A stretch of 64,000 nt of DNA, taken from NCBI GenBank assembly GCA_000002445.1, contig CM000207.1:2656001-2720000 (forward strand). Direction: 5' to 3'. A model generated the notes under the pieces. The model saw only the letters and a list, made by a program, of their open reading frames with translations, was not told the DNA's origin and did no database searches. The stretch is from Trypanosoma brucei (taxonomy: Eukaryota). How positions within the stretch are numbered: the first letter of the stretch is position 1; each line of letters starts with the position of its first letter. This document shows positions 1 through 10,404 of the stretch, in pieces. Made by a program: the position numbers and the translations under genes.

Positions 1-429
1 GCAGCGATGGTTCTACAGTAATAATATAACGATGACACTTCGGTCATACGCATGACCTTGCTAATTGTTTAATACCTGTCGTGCCTGACCCTCATAGTAG
101 TTTATAATGGAAATGTCTTTGGCTTTTTATTCGCCTTTTTGGTTTTATCGATGCCACCTCAGTGCGCATACTTATGTGAACTATACATTCCTTAAATGAC
201 CTCAACCTTTTTCTATTGAGCAAGCATGGAATCGGAAAAGTACCACTATTGTTCATTTTTACTTTATAAAGCTTTGCTGAGGGGTTCAATCTCCCGGTTA
301 CTCTCCATGAGAATTCTTCGAGTTTGCACATTATTCAGAGACCCCTTCTTTTGTTAATACCATCTGTAACGTAAAAGATGTACTAAGAGTGCAATCTGCA
401 CTTTGCGTATACCTTGTTTTCGACTAATT

Positions 430-760
430 CATCTCCATGTTTAAGATAACATACATCGTCATATTAGTGTTTGATACTGTATATATTCCCTCCCCATATA
501 TCGCTCTTCTAATTATTTCTCCCCTACTATTACTACAAGTGCATCTATTTTATCATTATCATACACATTTTGCACTTGCCCTATTCCAATATCAGTACAC
601 ACACACACACAGAACATTTTTCTCTTATTATTATTATTATTATTATTACTATTATTATTACTATTATTATTATTCTCATCCTCATTACTGCTCTTATTAT
701 AATATTAGTATAGTCACACTCACAACATACTACTATTACTACTATTTCTAATACTCTCAT
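430..760 (-). repeat. VSG-associated 70-bp repeat tract (TAA/TGA triplet run plus GT-rich GAGAGTGTTGTGAGTGTG-like block), inverted orientation; outer end of the left arm of a large inverted repeat
   Basis: (ATT)n/(TAA)n run 620-700 followed by CACTCACAACAT block. Reverse complement resembles the 70-bp repeats at 7545-7700, 11560-11725 and others. Translation gives an artefactual poly-Tyr ORF (437..751). Confidence 0.6.
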
Positions 761-1193
761 ACCCTAACTAATATCCGTAAAATCGACAAAAACTAAAAAA
801 AAAGAATGTTGCTTATTAGTACACGCATTTCATACACTAACATCATACTTTACACCTATAGACTACTATTATATTAAAATTTTGTATTTTTAATATCTTT
901 ATCATTTACACATCTTCATAAATTTTAAAATTGAGCAAAAAATTCACTAGAAGTTTCAAAATACCACACAACTCATAAAGACAATTATAATCAGAAATAA
1001 TTATTATTTACAAGGAACCTGTAGTCTTTGAAAGCATTATTTTCCTATTTTCAATTGCTAGTGCAATCTCTCTGTTGGTTATATTTGCATTTTGAAGAAG
1101 TTTGCGTCCCTTCAGTTCCTGTTTGTATTGCTGTTTTCTATATTGCTTTCGTGTTAGATTTGCAGTTTTTTCCATCCTTCTCACTTTTTTAAA
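761..1193 (-). other. Inverted copy of the ingi-flanking sequence (VSG 3'-flank-like, AT-rich); reverse complement is nearly identical to 7127-7545
   Basis: Sampled stretches are exact reverse-complement matches, e.g. 961-1010 vs 7288-7345 and 781-840 vs 7465-7530. Confidence 0.7.
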
Positions 1194-4100
1194 ATTTTCT
1201 TCGTGCCTTCGTGGGAGTTTCCCCCCACTGGCGCGACCATCAGCCATCACCGTAGAGCCCTGAGATGCTATCGGTCTGGCGACTGTGGCAGAGTCTCCCT
1301 TTTTTATTCAGCCTAACACACTCTCTATAATTTTTGTTGTAGCTCCGCAGTTGAACGGAATACAGCAGATGGGGCGAGAAGCCACCCAACCCGGACTCTC
1401 CCAAAGATGTCAATTAGCAACCCTTTTGTTTTTATTTTTGTTATTCGTTTATTATTCTCTCCCCCTCTTTCTGTTTTTGTTGCTTGTTGACTGCATACCC
1501 CCTCTGTCTCTGAGGGTGTCTGGACTATTCCTGCGTCCGGTGCTTTTCCTGCTAGCTCCACACTCGGCAATAAGGGGGAAAGTTGCAGAAAGGAAAGTGG
1601 GTTGTATAACTGTTACATTAGGGGAGGACTTCACATGCGGCCGGTTCCGTTCAACCGCAATGAGAAATTGCGCCAGCCTTTTAGAGAATCATACATCCTG
1701 CACACACACACCTTATACAGCTAACCTGACACGTAGTTCCTTCAAACCGGGACAGCTCATCAGGTGCAGCGACGTTTCTTCGCAGTCGCCGCGTTGTCTG
1801 GTAACAGCGCGCTCTACCTTCATACCGTGCATCTTATTTTGATGGAGGGTGAGGCCAGTTTTGCTAGCACACTGCCTTCAGCATGTCGGGCACACCAACA
1901 TGGATGTGTTTGTATGCGGGGAATCAGTGGCACACAATTTTGTGCTTTTGCTGCATTTAAGCTCGACTCCCTCACCTTTGTGGAAAGCCTTACAGTGTCG
2001 GATGAGAGAATCCCTGCAACTGAGCACTTTTTGACACACACCACACTGCACCTCTCCTTTCCCAGTGGCGTCAACGTTTTCCTCACGGGCACGCTTACGA
2101 GGGAATTGCACCACCACTACGGTACCGTCCTCCATCACTATGCTCTTATGTTTGAATTTCTTGTGTAGTGACCGGGAAGAGCGTGTACCGAAGCTCGTCT
2201 CGCACAGGTCACATTGAAACGGCAGCTTCCGTGTATCCTGAGAGACTGGCGCTGCTGGGGCTCTACCATCTCCTTGCAATGAGTCCTCGTTCTCTCGCCC
2301 CCTTTTCACGCGGCAACTACCGCTACCTATGCCATGTATTGTTCTAAGGTGGTGTAGTAGTGGGCCTGGTACTGCGAATTTGGAGGCACAGATGGTACAA
2401 TGAAGCACCTGCGGTCTCATCGGGACTCGTGTGCTCGATGGTAGAGGAACGATCGCCACCACTGGAGGGGGCTCCGGGGGGATATCCACTGCGGGTGTTG
2501 CATCGCCGTATTTGATCCTCCGGAGGGCATCAGCTCGCACAAAGCCATGTTTGTTTACCATGTGCGTTACAGTACTCGAGCGGCATTGGTATGTGGCATC
2601 ACATTCCGTACATTTGGTCGGTTCGGAGGTTCTCTGAAGAGTGCGTGTCGCAACAGTTGGGACTGTTTGTATTGTTGGCCCTATCGCTGCATGTTGTGGG
2701 TTGCACCATCGGCACTGTGGAGGCACACTCGGGTTGATCTTTCGCAACATCCATCCATAGTGTCTTGAAGACCCAACCCGAAAGCGTGCCAGTGCTGTTT
2801 CTTCTTCCCTCGTCAGTTCTTCTTTATGTTTTGTTGGAAAGTGGTTGCCCGTGATACCAAACCTATGAGTGTTCTCATGGACTTCTTCCGACCTAAGCAC
2901 TCGCTTCGCATAAGCAATGATGTCGGGGATCCATGTATCTCGCAACTGTGGTAAATCAGCGGCCTTTTTGGCCATTTCATCACAAACCTCATTCCGTTTC
3001 ACGCCACAATGGCCAAACACAAATTGCAGTCGGATACGTATCTTCCTTCTCTGAACTTGAAGCAGAAGCCTCCATAGTCGTCTTAGAATTGGGTCCGTTA
3101 CGGCTAGGGTGCCTGTCTGCAGTGCTGTTAACATTGACAGCGAGTCAGAGAAGATGGACAACCTGCTAGGTGTGCTTCTGTATGCCGGAAGCCATTTCAG
3201 CAGCCGTTGCAGTTCTATCTCTAATGCTACGCATTCCGCTCTGTAACTGCATGAGAGTTCCCCTGCTCCGGTTTTGGGTGCACAAATCAGCGTGTTGTTT
3301 CTATAGAGCAGGGCAGCTGCTCCGGACTTCTCACCGAGGGACACGGATCCATCAGTCCACAATTCGTAGTGCTCTCGCCGCGGTGGCTCCTTCCCCCTCC
3401 GTGCAAAATGTCGTTCAATCCACTTTTCGGAAGCCTCCCTTTTGACATCGTCAGGGTCATCAGCGCACACAGGCTTTATCTGCGTGTGAAATAGCGGTCG
3501 GCAGCTGTGGCGGAGCGTCGATGTCTCCAGTGGGTGCTCGCGTGGCTCAATGTGGAGAAGAGGGTACGACAGCATGATGCGGGAATGTTGGGCTCTGACT
3601 GGGTGTTTGCTGTGGTATACTTCTTCAGCACTGCGCCGCAAACATCCGCCTCGTGACTCACACATCAGCATGAATTTCATGCTGTGCACAAGAGTGGCCG
3701 TCTTGAGTGGCAGGAGGTTTGCTTCCAGCAGAGAGTCCTCTTTGCGCGTCCCATGCGGTATGCCGGCTATGATGCGACTGGCTTTGTGTTGTGCTGCTGC
3801 AAGGAGGTCGCGACTTCGTTCCGAAGCGTCCCAGTACCATACCTCAATGCCATACATGGTGTGTGCCTGTACGAGTGCTAGATAAAAAGCTCTCAGCACT
3901 TGTCGTCTTGGCCCCCATGTAGAAGCTGAGATGGCTGCTATCTGCAGTAGTCGGAAGTCCATCTTGCGTCTCGTTTCGGCCGCATGTGTTGCCATCCCCT
4001 GCAGACGCTGGAATGTTACTCCGAGAAGCTTCGGTGTCCTGTCAGCTCCTATTCTTTCGCCGTCCAGTTGCAATGTAAGGGGATGGCGCTCTGTACACCC

Positions 4101-6440
4101 CAAGAGTGTGCACTTTGTTTTTCGCTACGTTGACAGACATAAAGTACTCTTTTGACCACTGTAACACAACGTTTAGGCCGCATTGCAGTGTGTGGTTGAT
4201 GACATCCCTCTCTGTGTGCCTCGCAAGTAGCGTTAGGTCGTCTGCAAAGAATCCGTGCTGCAGTAACGGCACTTCTGCAAGGCGTTGGCTCAACGAGTTC
4301 ATGACAATAATGAACATGATTGGGCCAAGGACAGTTCCTTGTGGCACTCCTCGCTCAAATGTTCTGCTTCTGGAAAGCTTCTCCTTGAATCTCACTCTGC
4401 CAGTTCGGTTACTCAGAAATGATACGCACCACTTCACAATGTAGGGTGATACCTTCATTCTGTGCATTTCCCTCGCAATTTTGTCGTGGTCTACTGTATC
4501 GAATGCCTTCGCGTAGTCAACGAATACAGCACCCGTACGAGATTGGTGCGTGGGACGGCAGAGGGCAGCGCGGACGTGCAGGAGTTGTTCGAGTGTTGAG
4601 CATCCGGGGCGAAAGCCTGATTGCTGCGGCGTCAGCTGGGACTCAACAGTGTCTCTATGCCTCGCGGCAATTATGCGCTCCATGACTTTGCAGAGACAGC
4701 TCGTGAGCGTCACAGGCCTGTAAGAATCGAGGTCCTCCGCCTTTTTTCCGGCCTTCAGGATGGGGATGATAACACCAATCTTCCATGCAGGCAGCACGAC
4801 TCCCGTTCGTAGGCTCTCATTGAATAGCCTTAGAACAACATTCAGCGCTGTTCTGCCGAGATATTGCAGTGCCTCGTTGTATAAGCAATCAGGTCCGGCT
4901 GCGGATCCACTCGGAAGTAGTTTGATCGATCTCCGTAGTTCAGCCATCGTGATGGGACTGAACTCACTCGCTATCGTCTTTATGGGTGCTGGTGGGTGTG
5001 AGTCGGGGTGCCTTCTTGCACGGGACGAGTACAGTTTACTGAACCTCTCAGCTTGACGGTAGTCCGTGATGGCCGCGTTATCAACAAGTACCGCCAGTGT
5101 GGTTAGTGGTCGTGGCGCATATACCTTCTTGACAATGTGCCAACTGCAGCGGTCTGACACCGCAAGTCTGGAGCATAGCGTTCTCCATCTCTTCTTTGTG
5201 GTACGGTCCAGGATCTGCTTACGCGTGGCTACCAACATTTCCCTTCGGTGGGAGGGTCCGCATCCAGCGATCTCTTCATCGAGTTTAGTGAGCGTTGGTG
5301 TCCAATGTGGTGGCGTTGCTCTGCAGCCACGGGGGACGAACATCTTCGTCGCAATGCGGATGGCGGAGCTCAATTTCTGTTCCAGGGTGTTGACGTTCTT
5401 CTCTCTACCAATTTTCCTGCAGAGCTCGTCAACCTTGAGACGGAAATTCCTCCAGTTAGCTTTTAGCCATACGTACATGGGCATTCGAGGCCGCGTGCAA
5501 CTCAGTGCATCTGTGTCGTCTCCAACGATAACGTCGAAAAATATGTTATGGTGATCGCTATCGGGAGAATACAGCGATGTCCACGTGTACACTGTGCAAT
5601 TCCTTGACAGTGTCACATCAAGGGTAGATTCCCCGTGGTGGCGCGCGTACCTGGTGCACTCACCAGTGTTGCAGACCAGAAACTGGTTGTCAATGCACCA
5701 CTGTGTGAGGGTTTCACCCTTGGTATTTGGTGGGCTCGTGCGATCCCATGCCAACGCGTGTGCGTTAGCGTCTGCACCGATGAGCTGGGCACCGTCAGTT
5801 GTCAGAAGCGTATCTAGGTCAGTTGCCGTGAAGGTGTGTTTTGGTGGGATGTATGCCGACGTGACAGTCAGCGCCGTTCCACGTGCAAGGTGAATTGTTG
5901 CATGCACTTGTTCAATGCGACCAACAACGGCCATACCGGTCTCGACTAGTAAGTCCTCCCTCACTAGTATTGATACACCACCTCCTTTGCAGTTACGAGC
6001 TATTCCGTGATGTTGGTAGCCAGCAACGCTAAAGCAAGCCTCCTCTCCAAGCGTCATCCTTGTCTCGCTCAACAGACAAAAGGCGATCCGCTCATCAACA
6101 AGGGTTTTGTGGAGTGCTAATCTCTTTCCTTGAGATAGCCCGGCGCAGTTCCACTGCATCCCGCGCAACGACGGGCCGGGATTCTCTTCCACATCACCGG
6201 ACAGCAGCATCTTAGTGCGGATGATACTGCTGATGGCACGCTTTGACGTGCCCAGGGACCGACAAATGAAAAACGGTGTCCCAGCAAGACGCTGCTGATC
6301 CCTGTGCTGTATCATCGGGGAAAGCCAAGAGGCAGCAGTGTTTCCCATGAAAGGAACGCTGCTAGCTCTTGGCTTCCCCCGATGATACGGGGTACTGGAT
6401 CCTGGCACCACGTTGAGGTGCCTGACATGCGGAAGGCAGT
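1194..6440 (-). mobile_element. ingi non-LTR (LINE-like) retrotransposon, full length (~5.25 kb), degenerate (one frameshift and a premature stop)
   Basis: Two overlapping minus-strand ORFs (4042..6462 and 1878..4103). They encode an N-terminal APE-type endonuclease, a 2A-like GDVEENPGP motif, a reverse transcriptase with an FADD box, an RNase H-like region and four C2H2 zinc fingers. About 98% identical at protein level to the element at 34021-39272. The 3' end (GAAGAAAATTTTAAAAAA, read as a T-run at 1194-1199) matches ingi 3' ends. Confidence 0.9.
1878..4103 (-). CDS. ingi ORF, C-terminal part: RT thumb, RNase H-like (ELWTDGS) and C2H2 zinc fingers. It ends ~50 codons early, at a TGA where the other copy reads TGCGGAAGG.
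   Basis: 741-aa ORF in the track, in a different frame from the 4042..6462 ORF. Zinc-finger motifs seen: HCTICASKF...HHLRTIHG, CDLCETSFGTRSSRSLHKKFKH, CGVCQKVLSCRDSLIRHCKAFH. Confidence 0.8.
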   Translation of the reverse strand: MGCTERHPLTLQLDGERIGADRTPKLLGVTFQRLQGMATHAAETRRKMDFRLLQIAAISASTWGPRRQVLRAFYLALVQAHTMYGIEVWYWDASERSRDLLAAAQHKASRIIAGIPHGTRKEDSLLEANLLPLKTATLVHSMKFMLMCESRGGCLRRSAEEVYHSKHPVRAQHSRIMLSYPLLHIEPREHPLETSTLRHSCRPLFHTQIKPVCADDPDDVKREASEKWIERHFARRGKEPPRREHYELWTDGSVSLGEKSGAAALLYRNNTLICAPKTGAGELSCSYRAECVALEIELQRLLKWLPAYRSTPSRLSIFSDSLSMLTALQTGTLAVTDPILRRLWRLLLQVQRRKIRIRLQFVFGHCGVKRNEVCDEMAKKAADLPQLRDTWIPDIIAYAKRVLRSEEVHENTHRFGITGNHFPTKHKEELTREEETALARFRVGSSRHYGWMLRKINPSVPPQCRWCNPQHAAIGPTIQTVPTVATRTLQRTSEPTKCTECDATYQCRSSTVTHMVNKHGFVRADALRRIKYGDATPAVDIPPEPPPVVAIVPLPSSTRVPMRPQVLHCTICASKFAVPGPLLHHLRTIHGIGSGSCRVKRGRENEDSLQGDGRAPAAPVSQDTRKLPFQCDLCETSFGTRSSRSLHKKFKHKSIVMEDGTVVVVQFPRKRAREENVDATGKGEVQCGVCQKVLSCRDSLIRHCKAFHKGEGVELKCSKSTKLCATDSPHTNTSMLVCPTC

Positions 6441-6462
6441 GTGCTAGCAAAACTGGCCTCAC
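4042..6462 (-). CDS. ingi ORF, N-terminal part: AP-endonuclease domain, 2A-like peptide (GDVEENPGP at ~6171-6198) and most of the RT domain. Truncated by a frameshift near 4042-4103. The extreme 5' end of the listed ORF reads through the fold-back junction and is not genuine.
   Basis: 806-aa ORF in the track. Motifs seen: MQWNCAGL...LSETRMT (endonuclease), FRPGCST, VFVDYAKAFDTVDHD, FADDLTLLA (RT). Confidence 0.8.
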   Translation of the reverse strand: MRPVLLAHCLPHVRHLNVVPGSSTPYHRGKPRASSVPFMGNTAASWLSPMIQHRDQQRLAGTPFFICRSLGTSKRAISSIIRTKMLLSGDVEENPGPSLRGMQWNCAGLSQGKRLALHKTLVDERIAFCLLSETRMTLGEEACFSVAGYQHHGIARNCKGGGVSILVREDLLVETGMAVVGRIEQVHATIHLARGTALTVTSAYIPPKHTFTATDLDTLLTTDGAQLIGADANAHALAWDRTSPPNTKGETLTQWCIDNQFLVCNTGECTRYARHHGESTLDVTLSRNCTVYTWTSLYSPDSDHHNIFFDVIVGDDTDALSCTRPRMPMYVWLKANWRNFRLKVDELCRKIGREKNVNTLEQKLSSAIRIATKMFVPRGCRATPPHWTPTLTKLDEEIAGCGPSHRREMLVATRKQILDRTTKKRWRTLCSRLAVSDRCSWHIVKKVYAPRPLTTLAVLVDNAAITDYRQAERFSKLYSSRARRHPDSHPPAPIKTIASEFSPITMAELRRSIKLLPSGSAAGPDCLYNEALQYLGRTALNVVLRLFNESLRTGVVLPAWKIGVIIPILKAGKKAEDLDSYRPVTLTSCLCKVMERIIAARHRDTVESQLTPQQSGFRPGCSTLEQLLHVRAALCRPTHQSRTGAVFVDYAKAFDTVDHDKIAREMHRMKVSPYIVKWCVSFLSNRTGRVRFKEKLSRSRTFERGVPQGTVLGPIMFIIVMNSLSQRLAEVPLLQHGFFADDLTLLARHTERDVINHTLQCGLNVVLQWSKEYFMSVNVAKNKVHTLGVYRAPSPYIATGRRKNRS

Positions 6463-7126
6463 CCTCCATCAAAATAAGATGCACGGTATGAAGGTAGAGC
6501 GCGCTGTTACCAGACAACGCGGCGACTGCGAAGAAACGTCGCTGCACCTGATGAGCTGTCCCGGTTTGAAGGAACTACGTGTCAGGTTAGCTGTATAAGG
6601 TGTGTGTGTGCAGGATGTATGATTCTCTAAAAGGCTGGCGCAATTTCTCATTGCGGTTGAACGGAACCGGCCGCATGTGAAGTCCTCCCCTAATGTAACA
6701 GTTATACAACCCACTTTCCTTTCTGCAACTTTCCCCCTTATTGCCGAGTGTGGAGCTAGCAGGAAAAGCACCGGACGCAGGAATAGTCCAGACACCCTCA
6801 GAGACAGAGAGGGTATGCAGTCAACAAGCAACAGGAACAGAAAGAGGGGGAGAGAATAATAAACGAATAACAAAAATCAAAACAAAAGGATTGCTAATTG
6901 ACATCTTTGGGAGAGTCCGGGTTGGGTGGCTTCTCGCCCCATCTGCTGTATTCCGTTCAACTGCGGAGCTACAACAAAAATTATAGAGAGTGTGTTAGGC
7001 TGAATAAAAAAGGGAGACTCTGCCACAGTCGCCAGACCGATAGCATCTCAGGGCTCTACGGTGATGGCTGATGGTCGCGCCAGTGGGGGGAAACTCCCAC
7101 GAAGGCACGAAGAAAATTTTAAAAAA
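6424..7126 (+). mobile_element. Partial ingi: last ~690 bp (end of ORF plus 3'UTR) in plus orientation, fused head-to-head to the 5' end of the minus-strand ingi
   Basis: ORF 6413..6598 (CLTCGRQCASKTGLTLHQNKMHGMKVERAV...) equals the ingi ORF C-terminus at 38575-38741. Sequence 6600-7126 is nearly identical to 38745-39272 and ends GAAGAAAATTTTAAAAAA (7121-7126). Confidence 0.85.
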
Positions 7127-7544
7127 GTGAGAAGGATGGAAAAAACTGCAAATCTAACACGAAAGCAATATAGAAAACAGCAATACAAACAGGAACTGAA
7201 GGGACGCAAACTTCTTCAAAATGCAAATATAACCAACAGAGAGATTGCACTAGCAATTGAAAATAGGAAAATAATGCTTTCAAAGACTACAGGTTCCTTG
7301 TAAATAATAATTATTTCTGATTATAATTGTCTTTATGAGTTGTGTGGTATTTTGAAACTTCTAGTGAATTTTTTGCTCAATTTTAAAATTTATGAAGATG
7401 TGTAAATGATAAAGATATTAAAAATACAAAATTTTAATATAATAGTAGTCTATAGGTGTAAAGTATGATGTTAGTGTATGAAATGCGTGTACTAATAAGC
7501 AACATTCTTTTTTTTTAGTTTTTGTCGATTTTACGGATATTAGT

Positions 7545-7700
7545 TAGGGTATGAGAGTATTAGAAATAGTAGTAATAGGAGAGTGTTGTGAATGTATATA
7601 CGAATATTATAATAAGAGCAGTAATAATAGTAATAATGATAATAATAATGATAGAAAGGGGTTGTGAGTGTGTTTTATTATTATTGGGAGATTTATGATA
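7545..7700 (+). repeat. 70-bp repeat (plus orientation), right arm of the inverted repeat; upstream boundary of the VSG 8635-10215 cassette
   Basis: GGAGAGTGTTGTGAATGTATATACGAATATTATAATAAGAGCAGTAATAATAGTAATAATGATAATAATAATGATAG ... GTTGTGAGTGTG. Confidence 0.8.
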
Positions 7701-8634
7701 AACCCAAAATAGCGGAAGAGGTGTTAACGAAAGAAACGGCTAGATTTCATTTTAACAGCACTTTTATTTATATAAAGAAATACAGGAATTGCATTAGCAG
7801 AAACGTTGGTAAGGGGAAGCTATCCTAAGTCAATCGCTTCGGGAAGGCAAACGGCAATTTTCGAGGCTGATGTAACGGCAGCGGCACAATCGATGAACGT
7901 GCAATAACTTGAATAGAGCCAACGGCGAACGTCAAGGATGACGCAGAAATAAACTATTGTTACACACCAATTGGTAAAACTAATGTTGCAATTAGCAGCA
8001 GAGCTAATTCTCATAGAGATATTGCTGTAAAGCAAATGACTGTTGGCAATGACTGGGGTTGTGAGCCCTCAAAACTGAACAAAGCTTTACAATACAGAGA
8101 TCCGGTAGAGGAATTTAAACAGCTAACAGTAAAGGGTCATAAAAAGCGAAGGGGTCTTCGTGTGTTTCATTTAATTTTGTAAGCGGTGGAAGTCTATGAC
8201 CGCTGACTAGCAGCGATGTGAAGCAGATAAGACAGTGGATCAACCAGAATTTAAGGGGAATCACCAATTTTACAGAAAATTCGGTAAAAAAAATAACTAT
8301 CACAGGGCAAACTGCTGTAAGGATTAAGATATAGACAGATGGCGCCACCAACATACAATGCTATTTTTTGTTTTCTTCATAACGCGGAGTGCAAGCAAAG
8401 GTGACTAAGTATTTTTGTAGCAGCTATTCTGATGGCGGCACTGCAAGTAACAGATAAACAAAGAATGACCGACCGGAACTCAAAAAACAGGCTGCAAGCC
8501 ACACTTACTCGTGCTTGGCAGTAAGAGCCAAATCCCCAAAACTGTAAGCACGTAGCATTCTAACCCTAAGCACACTTAACTGCAGGATTTATAACATATA
8601 CCTAAGTATAGCGAGAAGCAAAGACGTTAAAAAG

Positions 8635-10215
8635 ATGCACACCGCACTAATTTGCGCGGTATTACTTACAATGGCGATGGTGTTGCGACAGCAGGCACAA
8701 GGTGCCGTGAAAGACAACGAACACGGCGGTGATTGTGCCGCCCTTTGTGGCCTCATCCAATTTGCCGAACCAAATACGCCAGCTATCAGCCTTCCTCAAG
8801 AGATAACAGAAATAGCTGACGAACTGTTGGCAGTGAACCTGAGCATGAGCGAAGCTGCACTTCAGCAACTAGTAACAAAGCACAAAGACAAGAGCTGGGA
8901 TGACATTCCAGCCAGCGACAAACCAGCCGCACAACCTTACAAGGAGCACTGGCAGCACTGGCAAAAGTTGGCAGCAGACCCAAAACCGGAAACTGTAAAA
9001 TTCAAACTAGAGCAGTTCAGAAAAGTCAGTCAAAACACCATGGCAAAAAACAAATTTCATCTTATAGCTGACGCGGCGTTGGAGTTAGCGACAGAGGCAA
9101 AAATGCTACTGCAGAAGAAAACCAAAACGGATATAGACACAAAACTAACAAAAGCACTAAATGGCAACAATGCACCCACAAACACGTTCACGTTTTCAGG
9201 CAAGACCCGATCGCAACTGTGCGGAACTGGAACGACAACACCTGGAGAACAAGCCGGAAAGGCGTTATTGGTTGACCTTTTGTGCATTTGTGCGGGTGCC
9301 AATACAGATACCACAGCAGGCAAAAGCTGCTGCAAGGGATGCGAAACAAACCCAAACCACGATGAGTGGCAACCAGCTACAAACGCCAAACTACGAGCCG
9401 AACACATAGCCAAGCAATGCCCAACCACAAGGGCAACAGCAGATAAGAGCACAACAAAGCTCCACCACCTGCTAGGAGATTTCTATACGCAAGTAAACAC
9501 GGCAAAAGGCACAGGACAAGAGATGAAATACGCCCTCGGAACTGTCGGCGGCAACGGAAACGACGGTTGCACCGGCAAGGTAGGAAGCACCAACAACGGC
9601 AGATGCGTCAAGTACACGGACAACAGCATTCTTAAGGGGACACCGCAACTTGACTGGGTGCAGAACCTCATCGACGCCGCTGCCGACTATGACGCAAGGA
9701 CAGACAACATGAACAAGATACAACGGATAGCGGATAAAATGGAGGTACTAAACAAAACCGCAACAGCATTGCTTTGGGAACAACAGCCAGTCCCAATCCT
9801 CCAAACAAAAGCGGCAACAACTACAACTCATCAAACAGCAGAGGAGACAAAACAAGAATGTAAGGCGATAACGAAAGCAGCTGACTGCAACAGCAATGGA
9901 AACTGCAAATGGACCAAACCAGACGTAAAAACAGGAACTCACTGCGAATTAAATACGACAACGAGCGAACAAGCAGCCCAAACAGGCGGAGGAGCTGCAG
10001 GAGCAACCACAACTGTAAAATGCTCTGATTATGGCACGAAAGACAAATGCGAAGAAGTCAACAAAGGAAAAGACAAACCTGTCTGCGGCTGGAGAATAGG
10101 CAAAGATAATGAAGATGATAAAGGTACAGAAAAATGCCGTGATTCCTCTATTCTACCAAACAAACACTTCGCCCTCAGCGTGGTTTCTGCTGCATTTGCG
10201 GCCTTGCTTTTTTAA
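8635..10215 (+). CDS. VSG: Variant surface glycoprotein (VSG), apparently intact (526 aa): N-terminal signal peptide, Cys-rich C-terminal domain, GPI-anchor signal
   Basis: Single uninterrupted ORF. N-terminus MHTALICAVLLTMAMVLRQQAQG. C-terminus ...CGWRIGKDNEDDKGTEKCRDSSILPNKHFALSVVSAAFAALLF*. 70-bp repeat ~900 bp upstream and 16-mer 3'UTR element downstream. Confidence 0.9.
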   Translation: MHTALICAVLLTMAMVLRQQAQGAVKDNEHGGDCAALCGLIQFAEPNTPAISLPQEITEIADELLAVNLSMSEAALQQLVTKHKDKSWDDIPASDKPAAQPYKEHWQHWQKLAADPKPETVKFKLEQFRKVSQNTMAKNKFHLIADAALELATEAKMLLQKKTKTDIDTKLTKALNGNNAPTNTFTFSGKTRSQLCGTGTTTPGEQAGKALLVDLLCICAGANTDTTAGKSCCKGCETNPNHDEWQPATNAKLRAEHIAKQCPTTRATADKSTTKLHHLLGDFYTQVNTAKGTGQEMKYALGTVGGNGNDGCTGKVGSTNNGRCVKYTDNSILKGTPQLDWVQNLIDAAADYDARTDNMNKIQRIADKMEVLNKTATALLWEQQPVPILQTKAATTTTHQTAEETKQECKAITKAADCNSNGNCKWTKPDVKTGTHCELNTTTSEQAAQTGGGAAGATTTVKCSDYGTKDKCEEVNKGKDKPVCGWRIGKDNEDDKGTEKCRDSSILPNKHFALSVVSAAFAALLF

Positions 10216-10275
10216 ACCAAATTTCCCCCCTCTTTTTAAAAAACTTTGCTAAAATTTTTGCTACTTGAAAACTTC

Positions 10276-10291
10276 TGATATATTTTAACAC
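10276..10291 (+). promoter_or_regulatory. Conserved VSG 3'UTR 16-mer TGATATATTTTAACAC (mRNA-stability element)
   Basis: Exact 16-mer 61 nt after the VSG stop codon. Confidence 0.8.
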
Positions 10292-10404
10292 CTAAATTAA
10301 GCCGAGTTTTTTTGTTGTTTGTTAAGTTTGAGATTCTGTAAAAAATATTTTCTGTTTTTCTGGCAACTAAAATTTTTTTCTTTTTCCCGTTTTTTTTTAT
10401 GTGC

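Noticed and set aside
437-751. 104-aa ORF with a poly-tyrosine run (YYYYYYYY...)
   Set aside because: It is the translation of the (TAT/TTA)n triplet tract of an inverted 70-bp repeat. Low complexity; not a gene.
1008-1250. Identical 80-aa ORFs at 1008..1250 (minus) and 7061..7303 (plus) (MMADGRASGGKLPRRHEENFKKVRRMEK...)
   Set aside because: Each spans the last ~130 nt of an ingi 3'UTR and continues into AT-rich flank. Their identity just reflects the inverted duplication; no protein-like features.
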